Positions 18,654 through 27,565 of a stretch of DNA of 64,000 bases are shown piece by piece. The DNA is from an uncultured virus (IMG/VR IMGVR_UViG_3300045996_002556) (taxonomy: Duplodnaviria > Heunggongvirae > Uroviricota > Caudoviricetes): IMG/VR virus record IMGVR_UViG_3300045996_002556; one strand, written 5' to 3'. The stretch's first letter is position 1, and every line of letters begins with the position of its first letter. Under the pieces are notes generated by a model. That model was not told the origin of the DNA. It searched no databases and saw only the letters and a program-made list of their open reading frames with translations. The position numbers and the translations under genes were made by a program.

Positions 18654-19100
18654 TTAGTTCTCCTCGTGGGCGGCGGGCCAATCCTCGCGCTCCAGTGGTG
18701 CGGCGGGGTCCGCGTGGTACACGACGGGGCCGAGGGCCGGGTCCTGCGCGAAGGGGTCGAAGTCCGGGCAACCCTCGACGCACTGCCAGACCGGCTGCCC
18801 CCGTTCGTCCATCGTCCAGATGCAACCGGGGACGACGTGCCGATGTTCGGCGCGGCGTTCGAGCAGTTCGGTGACGGCCGCCAACACGCGAGGGTCACGT
18901 AAGGATTCGGCGTACTCTGAACGCAGAAAATGCTTTGGGCCAATGCCGCGGTCTGAACACGCCCAGATGGTTGGCTCACCACCGCCGCACGAAGCGATCG
19001 AGCGCGGCGCCCCACAGACGCTGCAAGGCGGCACTGGCCGCGGCGCGTGGTCAGCGGCAAGGGCGCGGAGTTCGTCATCCGTCAGGCGTTCAGTCGTCAT
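18654..19100 (-). CDS. Cys-rich hypothetical protein
   Basis: Coupled ORF. Confidence 0.65.
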   Translation of the reverse strand: MTTERLTDDELRALAADHAPRPVPPCSVCGAPRSIASCGGGEPTIWACSDRGIGPKHFLRSEYAESLRDPRVLAAVTELLERRAEHRHVVPGCIWTMDERGQPVWQCVEGCPDFDPFAQDPALGPVVYHADPAAPLEREDWPAAHEEN

Positions 19101-19488
19101 AGAGCCAAGCCCCTTGAATATCCTGCAGAGGAACTCGGGTGCGGATTCCCTGGTCAGTATCTGCCGTCACGGTTTTACGATTGACGCGGACGATGGTGAG
19201 CGGCTGGGGGTCGTATTGATCGCAGCCTCGCCCATCAGAGCCCGCGTAGACGTTGCGGTAGATCCGAGCGCCCTTCTTGAGCGGTGTAGCTAGACGCGGC
19301 CGCGGCCCGTCCGTCTCCGGCACTTCCACCCCGACGCGTTCCGGTCGCCCTCCGTAGTAGTTCAGATCCTCTGGCCGGACGCGATAGCCACGGGCCTCGC
19401 AGTCGCGCCAGATCAGGTCCTCCACCTCCGCGCGGGGGTAGGCGATCTCGCGACACTGGCGGGTCGGGTCGTGGGTAATCGTGGGCAT
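19090..19488 (-). CDS. Hypothetical protein
   Basis: GAGGAG RBS. Confidence 0.65.
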   Translation of the reverse strand: MPTITHDPTRQCREIAYPRAEVEDLIWRDCEARGYRVRPEDLNYYGGRPERVGVEVPETDGPRPRLATPLKKGARIYRNVYAGSDGRGCDQYDPQPLTIVRVNRKTVTADTDQGIRTRVPLQDIQGAWLYDD

Positions 19489-19492
19489 CGCG

Positions 19493-19681
19493 CTACTCCT
19501 CGCAGGGGCAATGTGCGACGAGTCGGCTCGGCTGCCGACTTCGCCCGGGCACTTCGCAGCCGAGTGACCACGCTTCCGCCTCCAGTACTCCTAGCGAGGA
19601 GTTGGCGCGGTCCAGCACGAGGGGCTGGAGTTCTTCCAGTAACTGGGTCACCAGCCGCTTCAGTCGTTCTTCAGTGCTCAT
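19493..19681 (-). CDS. Hypothetical protein
   Basis: Operon spacing. Confidence 0.5.
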   Translation of the reverse strand: MSTEERLKRLVTQLLEELQPLVLDRANSSLGVLEAEAWSLGCEVPGRSRQPSRLVAHCPCEE

Positions 19682-19682
19682 T

Positions 19683-20018
19683 TCATTCCTCGCCAACAAG
19701 TAGAAGGTCTGCCTCCGCCTGCTGCTCTTCCCGACTCCGCATAATCAGCGGGATATACGCCGGGTCGTTCAAGATTCGCTGCCCCTCGACGGTCCGCCAG
19801 TAGTAACGTGAACCACCGAACTCCTCCTCGTGGCCGAGCAGGCACAGCCGCAGTAGGGCGAGGCAATCCGCACTCTTGAGCCGCCGGGTGCCGAGCCACC
19901 ACTGCCGGCCGCAGTGCGTGACGCAGTGGTCGTCGTCCGCTTCCGGCGCGTTCGGGTGGCAGGTCGCTCGCAAGATTGTCTCCATGCCAGCGGTCAGGAA
20001 GATGCTGCGCTTCGTCAC
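19683..20018 (-). CDS. Hypothetical protein
   Basis: GTGA coupling. Confidence 0.6.
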   Translation of the reverse strand: MTKRSIFLTAGMETILRATCHPNAPEADDDHCVTHCGRQWWLGTRRLKSADCLALLRLCLLGHEEEFGGSRYYWRTVEGQRILNDPAYIPLIMRSREEQQAEADLLLVGEE

Positions 20019-20413
20019 GACTGCAGTTCCAACTGCTCGGCCTGTCGGCGCTGCCGCTCGCTCTCGACAGTTCCGGCGACGCGCTCGATAGCCAGCAGGT
20101 CCTTCAGTGCCGACCGGTACTCACGCTCGACCCGCTTGCCCCACTCTGCGGACTGCGCCTGATATGCCGTCAGCAGGGCGTCGGAAAGCTCGGTCGGGAT
20201 CAGGTCCAACTCCATCCAGCGCTGCCTCCCGAAACCGCGCCGCGGCGTGGCATGGGCCTCGCAGGCCAGCCGAAACGGCAGGTGCAGGTAATGGTCGCCG
20301 CCGATCACCACCGTAACGGCCCGCTCGGGGCAACGCTGGTTTTTGATGCCCTCCGTCGGGGTGATGTTTGCCTGACAGCGGGCGTGGTCTGTTTCCGGTT
20401 TCAGCTTTGCCAT
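20015..20413 (-). CDS. Hypothetical protein
   Basis: Operon spacing. Confidence 0.6.
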   Translation of the reverse strand: MAKLKPETDHARCQANITPTEGIKNQRCPERAVTVVIGGDHYLHLPFRLACEAHATPRRGFGRQRWMELDLIPTELSDALLTAYQAQSAEWGKRVEREYRSALKDLLAIERVAGTVESERQRRQAEQLELQS

Positions 20414-20416
20414 CAG

Positions 20417-20821
20417 TTATTCGCTCTTCTCGGGACCGGGGATACTCCGCACGCCCGTAGTCAGGTCGCGGCGCTGCTCGGCAGTAAGCTCGATGCGTTC
20501 GGCCACGATTGCCGGCTCCGTCACCACCAGCACCTCGCCGTCTCGCCGCGTGGTCCAGCCGGCCGCATGGAGTAGCGGCTCCGCTTTCGCCAGTTGGGCA
20601 TCCACCAGGGCGGCGCGCTGCACCTCGCCACAGGGATAGTGGTGGTTGACCGGAGTGTAACGCACCACCAACTGCCCGGGCAGGAAACGATCATCGGCGC
20701 AAAAGCCTTCCCGGGTCCAGTCTCCAGAGCGGGAGCTAACCCACTCGGATTTCGGTAGCCCGCCGCGGGTCAGCACGCGGGTGATGTTCGCCTTCGTTAG
20801 CTTCGGTGCTCGTGTCGCCAT
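20417..20821 (-). CDS. Hypothetical protein
   Basis: AAGGA RBS. Confidence 0.65.
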   Translation of the reverse strand: MATRAPKLTKANITRVLTRGGLPKSEWVSSRSGDWTREGFCADDRFLPGQLVVRYTPVNHHYPCGEVQRAALVDAQLAKAEPLLHAAGWTTRRDGEVLVVTEPAIVAERIELTAEQRRDLTTGVRSIPGPEKSE

Positions 20822-21001
20822 CGTCCTTTACCTCCACCAGCCAGTCCGCCGGCACCACGCACGGATTGCGCCCCAGGTTTTACTCCCGCGGCGGCGCGGT
20901 ATCCCAGCGCACCCAGACCCAGCCCGTCAGGCTTTCGTCCTCGCGGAGGAGGGTGCCCTCGCCGAAGAAGGCGGAGGTGCGGTGGCGGAGAGGCTAATCA
21001 T
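20811..21001 (-). pseudogene. Disrupted small SH3-like gene
   Basis: LRHRTSAFFGEGTLL..WVWVRWDTAPPRE*NLGRNPCVVPADWLVE has an in-frame TAA (20880-20882); the coupled ATG at 21001 is out of frame. Confidence 0.55.
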
Positions 21002-21236
21002 CGCTGGATACCTGCAGCCGCACGTCGGCGATCATCTCTTCGGCGCGAATCTGGTCTTCAGCTAACGAGCCATACCGGCTCTCGACCCGAGCCTTTGCGG
21101 CGCCCCAGCCCTCCAGCACGAGATGCACGCAGATGTGCTCGGGGTCCACGTCGGCGATGAACGCCCCGTCTCGAAGTTCCCAGGTGCCTGCTTGCTCGCC
21201 GGGCTCCCATCCTGGCCGGCTTTGCTCGTTAGCCAT
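20994..21236 (-). CDS. Hypothetical protein
   Basis: Coupled to the RHH gene. Confidence 0.6.
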   Translation of the reverse strand: MANEQSRPGWEPGEQAGTWELRDGAFIADVDPEHICVHLVLEGWGAAKARVESRYGSLAEDQIRAEEMIADVRLQVSSDD

Positions 21237-21420
21237 CGCCTTCCACCTTCTGCCGCAGGCGCTCCACCGTCCGTTCAAGCTCGATAGGGCGAAGCCGCTC
21301 CTCGCACGACGTTCGGATGAACTCCGTGACGCGCCCCTTGCCTGCTATTGTCTCAATGCGCTCCCACAGGCCCTGCGGGAGTCGGATGTTCTTCTGGATC
21401 ATCGGTTCGTTATCAGCCAT
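21229..21420 (-). CDS. Ribbon-helix-helix regulator
   Basis: MIQKNIRLPQGLWERIE..VTEFIRTSCEERL. Confidence 0.75.
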   Translation of the reverse strand: MADNEPMIQKNIRLPQGLWERIETIAGKGRVTEFIRTSCEERLRPIELERTVERLRQKVEGDG

Positions 21421-21426
21421 AGGGGA

Positions 21427-21504
21427 AGGATAGCACCTTCACGCCTGCCCGTCTCCGCCATTATACGTCGAAGTGTTGACACGCGCAACCTCTTGCGCTA
21501 GAAT
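21427..21504. promoter_or_regulatory. Overlapping divergent promoters with a palindromic operator candidate
   Basis: + TTGACA(21476)-17-TAGAAT(21499); - TTGCGC(21488)-17-TATAAT(21465); GCGCAA-N4-TTGCGC at 21483-21498. Confidence 0.85.
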
Positions 21505-21549
21505 TCCTATACGTGAACGCGGAGACGTTTACGCAGGCTGGAGCTACAG

Positions 21550-21771
21550 ATGAACCGCCGAGATCCATTCAAGCTACCGCAGGGGATGAGCTTCGTTCTC
21601 GCGCCGGAGAAGCCGACCAACACCCGCGAGTTCCGCGGTCAGCATCGGTGTCCGAAGTGCCTCAGTTGGAAGACCGGCACCGATGTGTCGCTATCCAGTC
21701 GGGAGAGCCTGGCCTTCCGCTGCGACGATTGCGGCGAGGTGTTCAGTGCCGCGAACCCGGCTCCGTTCTGA
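21550..21771 (+). CDS. Zinc-ribbon protein
   Basis: CPKC..FRCDDCG; GGAG RBS. Confidence 0.7.
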   Translation: MNRRDPFKLPQGMSFVLAPEKPTNTREFRGQHRCPKCLSWKTGTDVSLSSRESLAFRCDDCGEVFSAANPAPF

Positions 21772-21782
21772 AAGGCGCCCTG

Positions 21783-21938
21783 ATGATGGACCAGGCGACC
21801 GCCACCCAGCACGCGATCGGCATGCACGAGCGCGGCGAGACCACCACCCCCAATGTCGAGGTGGTGCGGATGCCGACGATCCGCAGTTGGCGCTCCTCGT
21901 CTTGCGCCGGACAGCAGGGAGACCCGAGAGATGCCTGA
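21783..21938 (+). CDS. Hypothetical protein
   Basis: AAAGG RBS; short. Confidence 0.4.
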   Translation: MMDQATATQHAIGMHERGETTTPNVEVVRMPTIRSWRSSSCAGQQGDPRDA

Positions 21939-22131
21939 AGCCCTTCTGCCCCTCGTCTACGGCGTCAGCCGGTGGACGAACAGCCACCGCCCCTCTGCGC
22001 GACATCTGGACAACGGCGCGGGCCTGCCCCTTTGTGGCGGGCAAGGGCGCCGGGTCCTGTCGTGGGAGCGGGAAAGCGGCACACCGACGTGCGAGCGGTG
22101 CGTGCAGATCCACGATAAGAGGGGGGCATGA
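21931..22131 (+). CDS. Small H-C-CxxC zinc-finger protein
   Basis: RH..PLCG..TCERC. Confidence 0.65.
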   Translation: MPEALLPLVYGVSRWTNSHRPSARHLDNGAGLPLCGGQGRRVLSWERESGTPTCERCVQIHDKRGA

Positions 22132-22373
22132 TGCTGATTCGGGATACGAGGACCACCACCCCGGCGCATGGGGACCCTCTCCGGCGAGACGCCTTCGCGG
22201 ATTGTAACCGCTGCCCGCGAGATCCCCGAGAGTGTCCGTTCTGCCCGTACGGTGAGCACGTCAGGAGTGGCGGCCGGGTTCCGCTCAAGCGCGACTGGCA
22301 TGTGATGCGCCAGCCCGAGAAGGTGCTGCGGTGTGAGCACTGCGAGGCGGGAAGCAGGGGACGCGCTGTGTAA
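22128..22373 (+). CDS. Cys-rich protein
   Basis: Three CxxC pairs; ATGA coupling. Confidence 0.6.
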   Translation: MMLIRDTRTTTPAHGDPLRRDAFADCNRCPRDPRECPFCPYGEHVRSGGRVPLKRDWHVMRQPEKVLRCEHCEAGSRGRAV

Positions 22374-22518
22374 GCCGGCGGCGAAGTTCTGGGGGCTCAC
22401 GCAGCGCTGGGGTGCAGAGATGTGTCCGGATTATCAGGCGACGGCAAGCTGTCTGCGGTGCCTGGAGTTGGCGGAGCGGATCGTGAGCGAGGCTGCCGAG
22501 GAAAGGAAGGCTGCGTGA
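22333..22518 (+). CDS. Small Cys-containing protein
   Basis: ALC..SCLRC; ends next to an RBS. Confidence 0.5.
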   Translation: MSTARREAGDALCKPAAKFWGLTQRWGAEMCPDYQATASCLRCLELAERIVSEAAEERKAA

Positions 22519-22652
22519 TGGCGCTAGTGCAGTGCCCGGAATGCCTGGAGGTCTACGACTTCGAGGGCGCGGAAGACGGCGAAATCGAGGCGCTGGAGTG
22601 CCGATGCGGCTACTTTGGCCCGGTGGATGGCGAGGGCGACAACGATGAATGA
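22518..22652 (+). CDS. Zinc-ribbon microprotein
   Basis: VQCPEC..ECRCG. Confidence 0.6.
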   Translation: MALVQCPECLEVYDFEGAEDGEIEALECRCGYFGPVDGEGDNDE

Positions 22653-22860
22653 CACCCCGAACTACCCGACTCCCTGCGGCTTCCGCTTCGGTGCCGCCGA
22701 AATCTCCCGCACCGCAGACCTGCCGCAGGGCGGCGTCATCATCCAGGTCATACCGGACCACGGCAAGCCGCTGGACGTGTACATCAGCCGCACCGGCCGC
22801 AGTGTGCGCGTGTTCCGGGGCGGAGCGGAGTTGAAGTCCAAGGAGCCCGTCGATGCCTGA
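22645..22860 (+). CDS. Hypothetical protein
   Basis: Overlap-coupled. Confidence 0.6.
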   Translation: MNDTPNYPTPCGFRFGAAEISRTADLPQGGVIIQVIPDHGKPLDVYISRTGRSVRVFRGGAELKSKEPVDA

Positions 22861-23170
22861 CCTTACCGACCGACAACGCTTCATCATCTGTGCCATCGTG
22901 GACCGCCGCACCACCTTCAAGGTGCCGAAGGAAGCCCGCGACGCCATCGAAGCGCTCCTCGATCGCTGCAACGAGTTGGGCGACGGGCTGCGTTGCTATG
23001 CCAATCCAAACGCCTACGACGAGGCGGGCGTGTTCTTCACTCGCAACGGGCACGGGGACTACGGCGACCTGGCGCGGCGCTATCTGGGGATCACCGACCC
23101 GGAGAAGGCGCGCTTCGATTGGGATACTGGCAAGGAGCCAGAGCCGGCCGTAGACGAGGAGAGGGAATGA
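22853..23170 (+). CDS. Hypothetical protein
   Basis: AAGGAG RBS. Confidence 0.65.
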   Translation: MPDLTDRQRFIICAIVDRRTTFKVPKEARDAIEALLDRCNELGDGLRCYANPNAYDEAGVFFTRNGHGDYGDLARRYLGITDPEKARFDWDTGKEPEPAVDEERE

Positions 23171-23358
23171 CCAACGAGCAGCGGAAGGCGCGGATTGAGG
23201 CGCTGGAAGAAGCCGCACTTCACCTGGGCGACATGGATTGGACCGAGGATCGTGAGGAGTGGGCGCAGGGCCGGGTGTTGGCGGAACGCTGGCGGCGAGA
23301 GGCTGTGAGATTACAAAGGACCGTAAGCCGGAAGGAGCCCGCCGATGTCACAGCCTGA
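23167..23358 (+). CDS. Hypothetical protein
   Basis: ATGA coupling. Confidence 0.6.
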   Translation: MTNEQRKARIEALEEAALHLGDMDWTEDREEWAQGRVLAERWRREAVRLQRTVSRKEPADVTA

Positions 23359-23962
23359 CGATCTCGACCCACAGTTGGTGGCGCTGATCGTCCGTCGCCG
23401 CTACTTCGATGCTGACGACGAGGCCCAGCAGCAACGATTGGTTGAGCATCACGTCCGGCACCACATCGGCTCGGCGGCAGAGGCTTACCTGCTGCTGGCG
23501 GAACTGAAAGCCGAGGGGCAAGCAGAGATCCGCGCCCTGAAGGTGGAGTTGGAGAACGTGCGGACACAGCGCAACCGCGCCGGGCTGGATGCACGCCGGG
23601 CGCTGCTGGGACCGCTGGCGGCGGCGGCAAAGCGCGAGAAGGCGATACGGGCGGTGACCACCGCATTGCTGGAATACATCGACGCGATCCCAAGCGATGT
23701 GGCCGATGCGCTGCCGGGAATGCCGGGCGTTGATCGGGATTGGGTCGCTGAAGTTCTCGCGCTACCGGCGGATACGTCGGCCCTGGAAGCGGCGCTGGCC
23801 GAGGCTCGCCAGGAGGAACGTCAGCGGTGCCGGGAAGCGGTGGCGGCGGAGCACCTGCACGAGCCCAACCCCGAGAGCGAAGGGGACGCCGTTTATGACA
23901 GGGCGATTGAGGATGCACTGGCGGCGATTGATGCCTTGCCGGAGAGTGAAGGAGAAGCCTGA
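23345..23962 (+). CDS. Helical hypothetical phage protein
   Basis: AAGGAG RBS; mosaic of helical segments. Confidence 0.65.
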   Translation: MSQPDDLDPQLVALIVRRRYFDADDEAQQQRLVEHHVRHHIGSAAEAYLLLAELKAEGQAEIRALKVELENVRTQRNRAGLDARRALLGPLAAAAKREKAIRAVTTALLEYIDAIPSDVADALPGMPGVDRDWVAEVLALPADTSALEAALAEARQEERQRCREAVAAEHLHEPNPESEGDAVYDRAIEDALAAIDALPESEGEA

Positions 23963-24393
23963 TGCGGGACAACTACTTGCCGGGGCACATCACCATCTGC
24001 CGCCCGTCGCGGGGAGACGACAAAGAAACGATCAACTTCAGCCTCGTGGACGAAGCGTCAGGTGTGGAGTTCGCACACGTCGAGATCGCGCTGAACGACT
24101 TCGCGCGAGCGCTAACGGGCTGCGGGCACCAGCCCATCCGGTTCCGGCATCGCGGGGCGCTTGTGGGAATGCGGCGGGAGCACGAGTATCGCGAGGTGTT
24201 CATCCCGGAGGGTTACGGCGCGGAGCGTCTCGCTCGGGCGCAGGCGGCCGTGCAAGCACTGGAAGCGGATGGATGGAAAGGGCGGGTCTCCGATGCCTGC
24301 AATCACCATCGTCGCCTACGGAGCGCGGAAGGCGGCGCAATCTACCAGGTGCTGTTCGAGCGCCATGTCTCGCAGGAGCCGACTGATGGTTGA
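23962..24393 (+). CDS. Hypothetical protein
   Basis: TGATG coupling. Confidence 0.7.
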   Translation: MRDNYLPGHITICRPSRGDDKETINFSLVDEASGVEFAHVEIALNDFARALTGCGHQPIRFRHRGALVGMRREHEYREVFIPEGYGAERLARAQAAVQALEADGWKGRVSDACNHHRRLRSAEGGAIYQVLFERHVSQEPTDG

Positions 24394-24796
24394 CGGACTG
24401 ACCCCGAGCCACGAACGCTGGCGCGCCCTCGCTGTGCTACTGGCCGAGAAGGTGTTCGGCTGGGAGCGGTGGACGTGCAGCGAGCACCCCGAGACGGCGC
24501 TACTGTACGCACCGGGCGCGGCGGTGGAGTCGTGGTGGAAGGCGCCGGAACTGCCGCTGAACGAAGGGGCGTGGGTGTTTCCCTGCATGTTCCTGGCGCC
24601 GACGCTGGATACGATCTGGCAGGCCGAGGCCCGGCTGACCCCGGAGCAAAGCCGGGAGTATCTCGCCGCGCTGGTGCTGATGGATTGGCCCGACGAAGGG
24701 CCGCTGCGCCTGCACCTGCTGCACGCGACGGTGGGACAGAAGGCGGTCGCGCTGCTGCGAGCGGTGGGAGTGGATGTGCCGGAATGGGGCGACTAA
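24386..24796 (+). CDS. Phage ABA-sandwich-like protein
   Basis: LAEKVFGW..LDTIWQAE..HAT..QKAVALLRA. Confidence 0.55.
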   Translation: MVDGLTPSHERWRALAVLLAEKVFGWERWTCSEHPETALLYAPGAAVESWWKAPELPLNEGAWVFPCMFLAPTLDTIWQAEARLTPEQSREYLAALVLMDWPDEGPLRLHLLHATVGQKAVALLRAVGVDVPEWGD

Positions 24797-25422
24797 CCCG
24801 AGAAGAACGCCTGGCGCTACCGCCGGCAGAGTACTACAAGGGCTGCGTAGGCGGTCGCTGGCGGGATGACGATGAGGCCGAGCGTGAGCAGCAGCAGGCC
24901 CCGAAGCCGCAAGCGGCGGTTGCACCGGAGCCACTGGAGCCGGAGAGTGGACCTCGGACCGCGCTCTTGCGACGGCATGGCTGCGAGACGCAGGCGGCAA
25001 GAATCCTCAATTGCAGCACTGGCTGGAGGAGCGCAACGATGGCGACTGACACGGCCGAGCGCCTAGAGTGGACCGAGGACTTCCCTGGTCACTACACCGC
25101 CCGCTATCGCAATCGGGAGTGGGCTCTTCACCGGGGTCAAGACTATTGGCACCTCTACGAGGACCGGGTGAATACTGGGGTTTCTGCGCCTACGCTGGAG
25201 GCCATGCAGGCAATGGCTCGCTACTTCATCGCGGGCGAAGCGGACGAAGCGTCGTGTGCTGCGGTCTGTGCGGATTGCCGCGCCGGGGTGCCGCTGAACC
25301 ACAGCGAAGACGGTTGGTGGCACGGACGGGCGGCGGATTACCTCGGGGTCTTCATTCACACCGGGCCGTGTCTGGCGGCGGCATTTCGGAACCGGATGCG
25401 GGAGGTGAAGGGTGGCGACTGA
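24784..25422 (+). CDS. Hypothetical protein; possibly two genes, second start at 25039
   Basis: Internal GGAGGAG-ATG at 25039; C-terminal VCADCRAG..WWH..CLA. Confidence 0.55.
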   Translation: MGRLTREERLALPPAEYYKGCVGGRWRDDDEAEREQQQAPKPQAAVAPEPLEPESGPRTALLRRHGCETQAARILNCSTGWRSATMATDTAERLEWTEDFPGHYTARYRNREWALHRGQDYWHLYEDRVNTGVSAPTLEAMQAMARYFIAGEADEASCAAVCADCRAGVPLNHSEDGWWHGRAADYLGVFIHTGPCLAAAFRNRMREVKGGD

Positions 25423-25783
25423 AGCGCGGGAAGTGGCGGTAGGTCGGGAGCTGGATGCGGCCGTGGCGAGGGCGCTGGGGTGGCACATGGATGGCCGGTT
25501 CTGGCGCACACCGAAGGGTTGGCCTGTAGGGGGAGCCGACTACTCGGGTAGCGTGCCAGGATTTAGCACTAGGGATGCCGCCGCCTGCATCATCGTGGAG
25601 CACCTGCGCCGTCGGGGGTGGAGCCTGACGATCGGAGCGGACGATATGCCCCTTCCGTACTGGATCAAAGCCGAAACCCCGGATGGGCTACAGCGGTTCG
25701 AGAGCGGAGGGGACACCATGCCGGAGGCCATGTGCCGGGTCGTGTTGGCGGCGCAGGACGCGCTGAAAGGCGGTGCGGAGTGA
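25412..25783 (+). CDS. Phage ABA-sandwich domain protein
   Basis: GRELDAAVARALGW..PGFST..A..IVEHL..TMPEAMCRVVL. Confidence 0.75.
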   Translation: MATEAREVAVGRELDAAVARALGWHMDGRFWRTPKGWPVGGADYSGSVPGFSTRDAAACIIVEHLRRRGWSLTIGADDMPLPYWIKAETPDGLQRFESGGDTMPEAMCRVVLAAQDALKGGAE

Positions 25784-25785
25784 AA

Positions 25786-26268
25786 ATGCGACACCTTGAC
25801 CGAGCCGAACGACTCGCGTTAGCGAACGAACTCCTGCCGTTGTTCCTCTCCTCCGCGAGCCAGCTAACCGAACACGACGGCAAACTCTGGTTCACCGCCC
25901 TCGGCGTCACTGCTGAAGCGACTGTGAAGCCTTCCGGGGTGTTGGGCTGGAATGCCTACGGGCAGGGGATCTGGAACACGACCCAAGCAGGCGTACTGGC
26001 CGCGCTCTTGCGCTGGATCAACGACGAGCCCCGCTTCCCGTTGTCGATGTGGGGAGCGCATAACGCGCCGGAGGTGCAGGCGCGGCTACAGGGAACGGAC
26101 TTCGATGATCCGGCGCGGACCTGCTGCATCTTCTGCGGGAGTGCGGTTGCACCGGAGTGGTGGGGACACGCTGATTGCTGGGGGCCAGGGTGTCTCGCGG
26201 AGGCGTGCGGCGTGTCAGGGGATCGGAGGGCGCAGTATCTGGAGCGGAAAGAGGTTGGCGATGAGTGA
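25786..26268 (+). CDS. Hypothetical protein
   Basis: RBS; C-terminal Cys cluster. Confidence 0.65.
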   Translation: MRHLDRAERLALANELLPLFLSSASQLTEHDGKLWFTALGVTAEATVKPSGVLGWNAYGQGIWNTTQAGVLAALLRWINDEPRFPLSMWGAHNAPEVQARLQGTDFDDPARTCCIFCGSAVAPEWWGHADCWGPGCLAEACGVSGDRRAQYLERKEVGDE

Positions 26269-26470
26269 GCGAGGCAGCTACTACGACGAAACGCAGGCTA
26301 CTCTCAAGGAATTGGGCGATCGAGCCGTCTCGGCGAACGATCTTCCCCTGGCTCTAGCGCTGGCGACTCTGCGTAGTTCGCGGGCGCTTGGCACCGATCG
26401 GGAGTTGGCGGAGCTGATGCATGTCACTAATCTAGGGCGCCTGGACCGCGCTTTAGGGGCAGGTAAGTAG
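26261..26470 (+). CDS. Hypothetical protein
   Basis: GAGG RBS; overlap-coupled. Confidence 0.55.
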   Translation: MSERGSYYDETQATLKELGDRAVSANDLPLALALATLRSSRALGTDRELAELMHVTNLGRLDRALGAGK

Positions 26471-26471
26471 G

Positions 26472-26912
26472 ATGGGCCTCGTAGCCCTGGCGGACCGCAT
26501 CGCCGCCGAGGCCCACGCAGGTCAGGTAGACCAGGCGGGGGCGCCGTACATCGACCACCCGCGCCGGGTAGCGGCCAGCCTCGACACGCCGGAAGCGCAG
26601 GCCGTAGCAGTGCTCCATGACGTGCTGGAAGATACCGCGCTGACGGTGTGGGACCTGTGGGCCGAGGGAGTGCCGTCCGAGGTGACCGAGGCGGTGGAAG
26701 TGCTGACCTGCGGGAAGGGCGAGGATTACCTGGGCTCCTTCATCCCGCGGTGTGGCGCGAACCCGTTGGCGCGGCGGGTGAAGTTGGCGGACCTGGCGGA
26801 CAACCTGCGGCCGGAGCGGCTCGCGTTGTTGCCGGCGTGGAAGGCGGAGCGGTTGGCGCAGCGGTATGAAGCGGCGCGGGCGTTGTTGTCGGAGGTGAAA
26901 GATGGAACGTGA
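26472..26912 (+). CDS. HD-domain protein of the small RelA/SpoT-type (alarmone) hydrolase family
   Basis: AHAGQVD.AG.PYIDHP.RVA..AVLHDVLEDT..VKLADL.DN. Confidence 0.88.
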   Translation: MGLVALADRIAAEAHAGQVDQAGAPYIDHPRRVAASLDTPEAQAVAVLHDVLEDTALTVWDLWAEGVPSEVTEAVEVLTCGKGEDYLGSFIPRCGANPLARRVKLADLADNLRPERLALLPAWKAERLAQRYEAARALLSEVKDGT

Positions 26913-27183
26913 AGCATGGCTGAACGGCTGGCAGCGTCAGGGCGACACGGTGATCCACTTTCACCCGTGCTGCGCGGGTTGCGGACGCTGTAAGGGCGTG
27001 GGCTGCATCGCGGTAGATGAAGACGCGGAGTATCCGCTGGAGCCGGCGTGGCCGTTCCGTGAGGCGGATTGTCCGGTGTGCGGTGGGTCGGACGCGAGGG
27101 GGCAGCAGGCAACCACTATCCGGGAGCGGATCGAGGCGGCGCGAGCGCGGAAGGTGACACGGGTTGCTACTGGAGGTCGGTGA
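26902..27183 (+). CDS. DnaJ-type zinc-finger small protein
   Basis: CGRCKGVG..CPVCGGS. Confidence 0.6.
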   Translation: MEREAWLNGWQRQGDTVIHFHPCCAGCGRCKGVGCIAVDEDAEYPLEPAWPFREADCPVCGGSDARGQQATTIRERIEAARARKVTRVATGGR

Positions 27184-27392
27184 TGGAGCAGCGGTGTAAG
27201 ACGTGCCGGCACTGGGAGCCGTGGCGCCCAGCCGACACTCACGGCGAGTGCAAGGCGATTACGCTGCACACGGATCAGGGCGCCGCCTTCCTCAGCGATG
27301 ACGGCCAGAGCGAGGAGCCGCCGACCCTCGATACGTTCGAGGCATTCGGGTGCGTGCTGTGGACAGCGAAGCCGGAGCCCGTAGGCACCTGA
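27183..27392 (+). CDS. Four-Cys small protein
   Basis: CKTCRHW..GEC..FGCVLW. Confidence 0.65.
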   Translation: MEQRCKTCRHWEPWRPADTHGECKAITLHTDQGAAFLSDDGQSEEPPTLDTFEAFGCVLWTAKPEPVGT

Positions 27393-27565
27393 TGCAGCTC
27401 GCTCTTGACTGGTCGGTGCCGGCGGACCCCGAAGCGGAGTTCTACACCCGCCTCCGCACCCACCCCATCACCATCGCCCCGGTGACGGTAACGGTGGATG
27501 GGGGCGGCGGCAGCGGGCAGGGGAAGCGTGTTGGGGCCGGGACTCGAATGGCGGATATGACGTGA
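27392..27565 (+). CDS. Hypothetical protein
   Basis: TGATG coupling. Confidence 0.4.
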   Translation: MQLALDWSVPADPEAEFYTRLRTHPITIAPVTVTVDGGGGSGQGKRVGAGTRMADMT

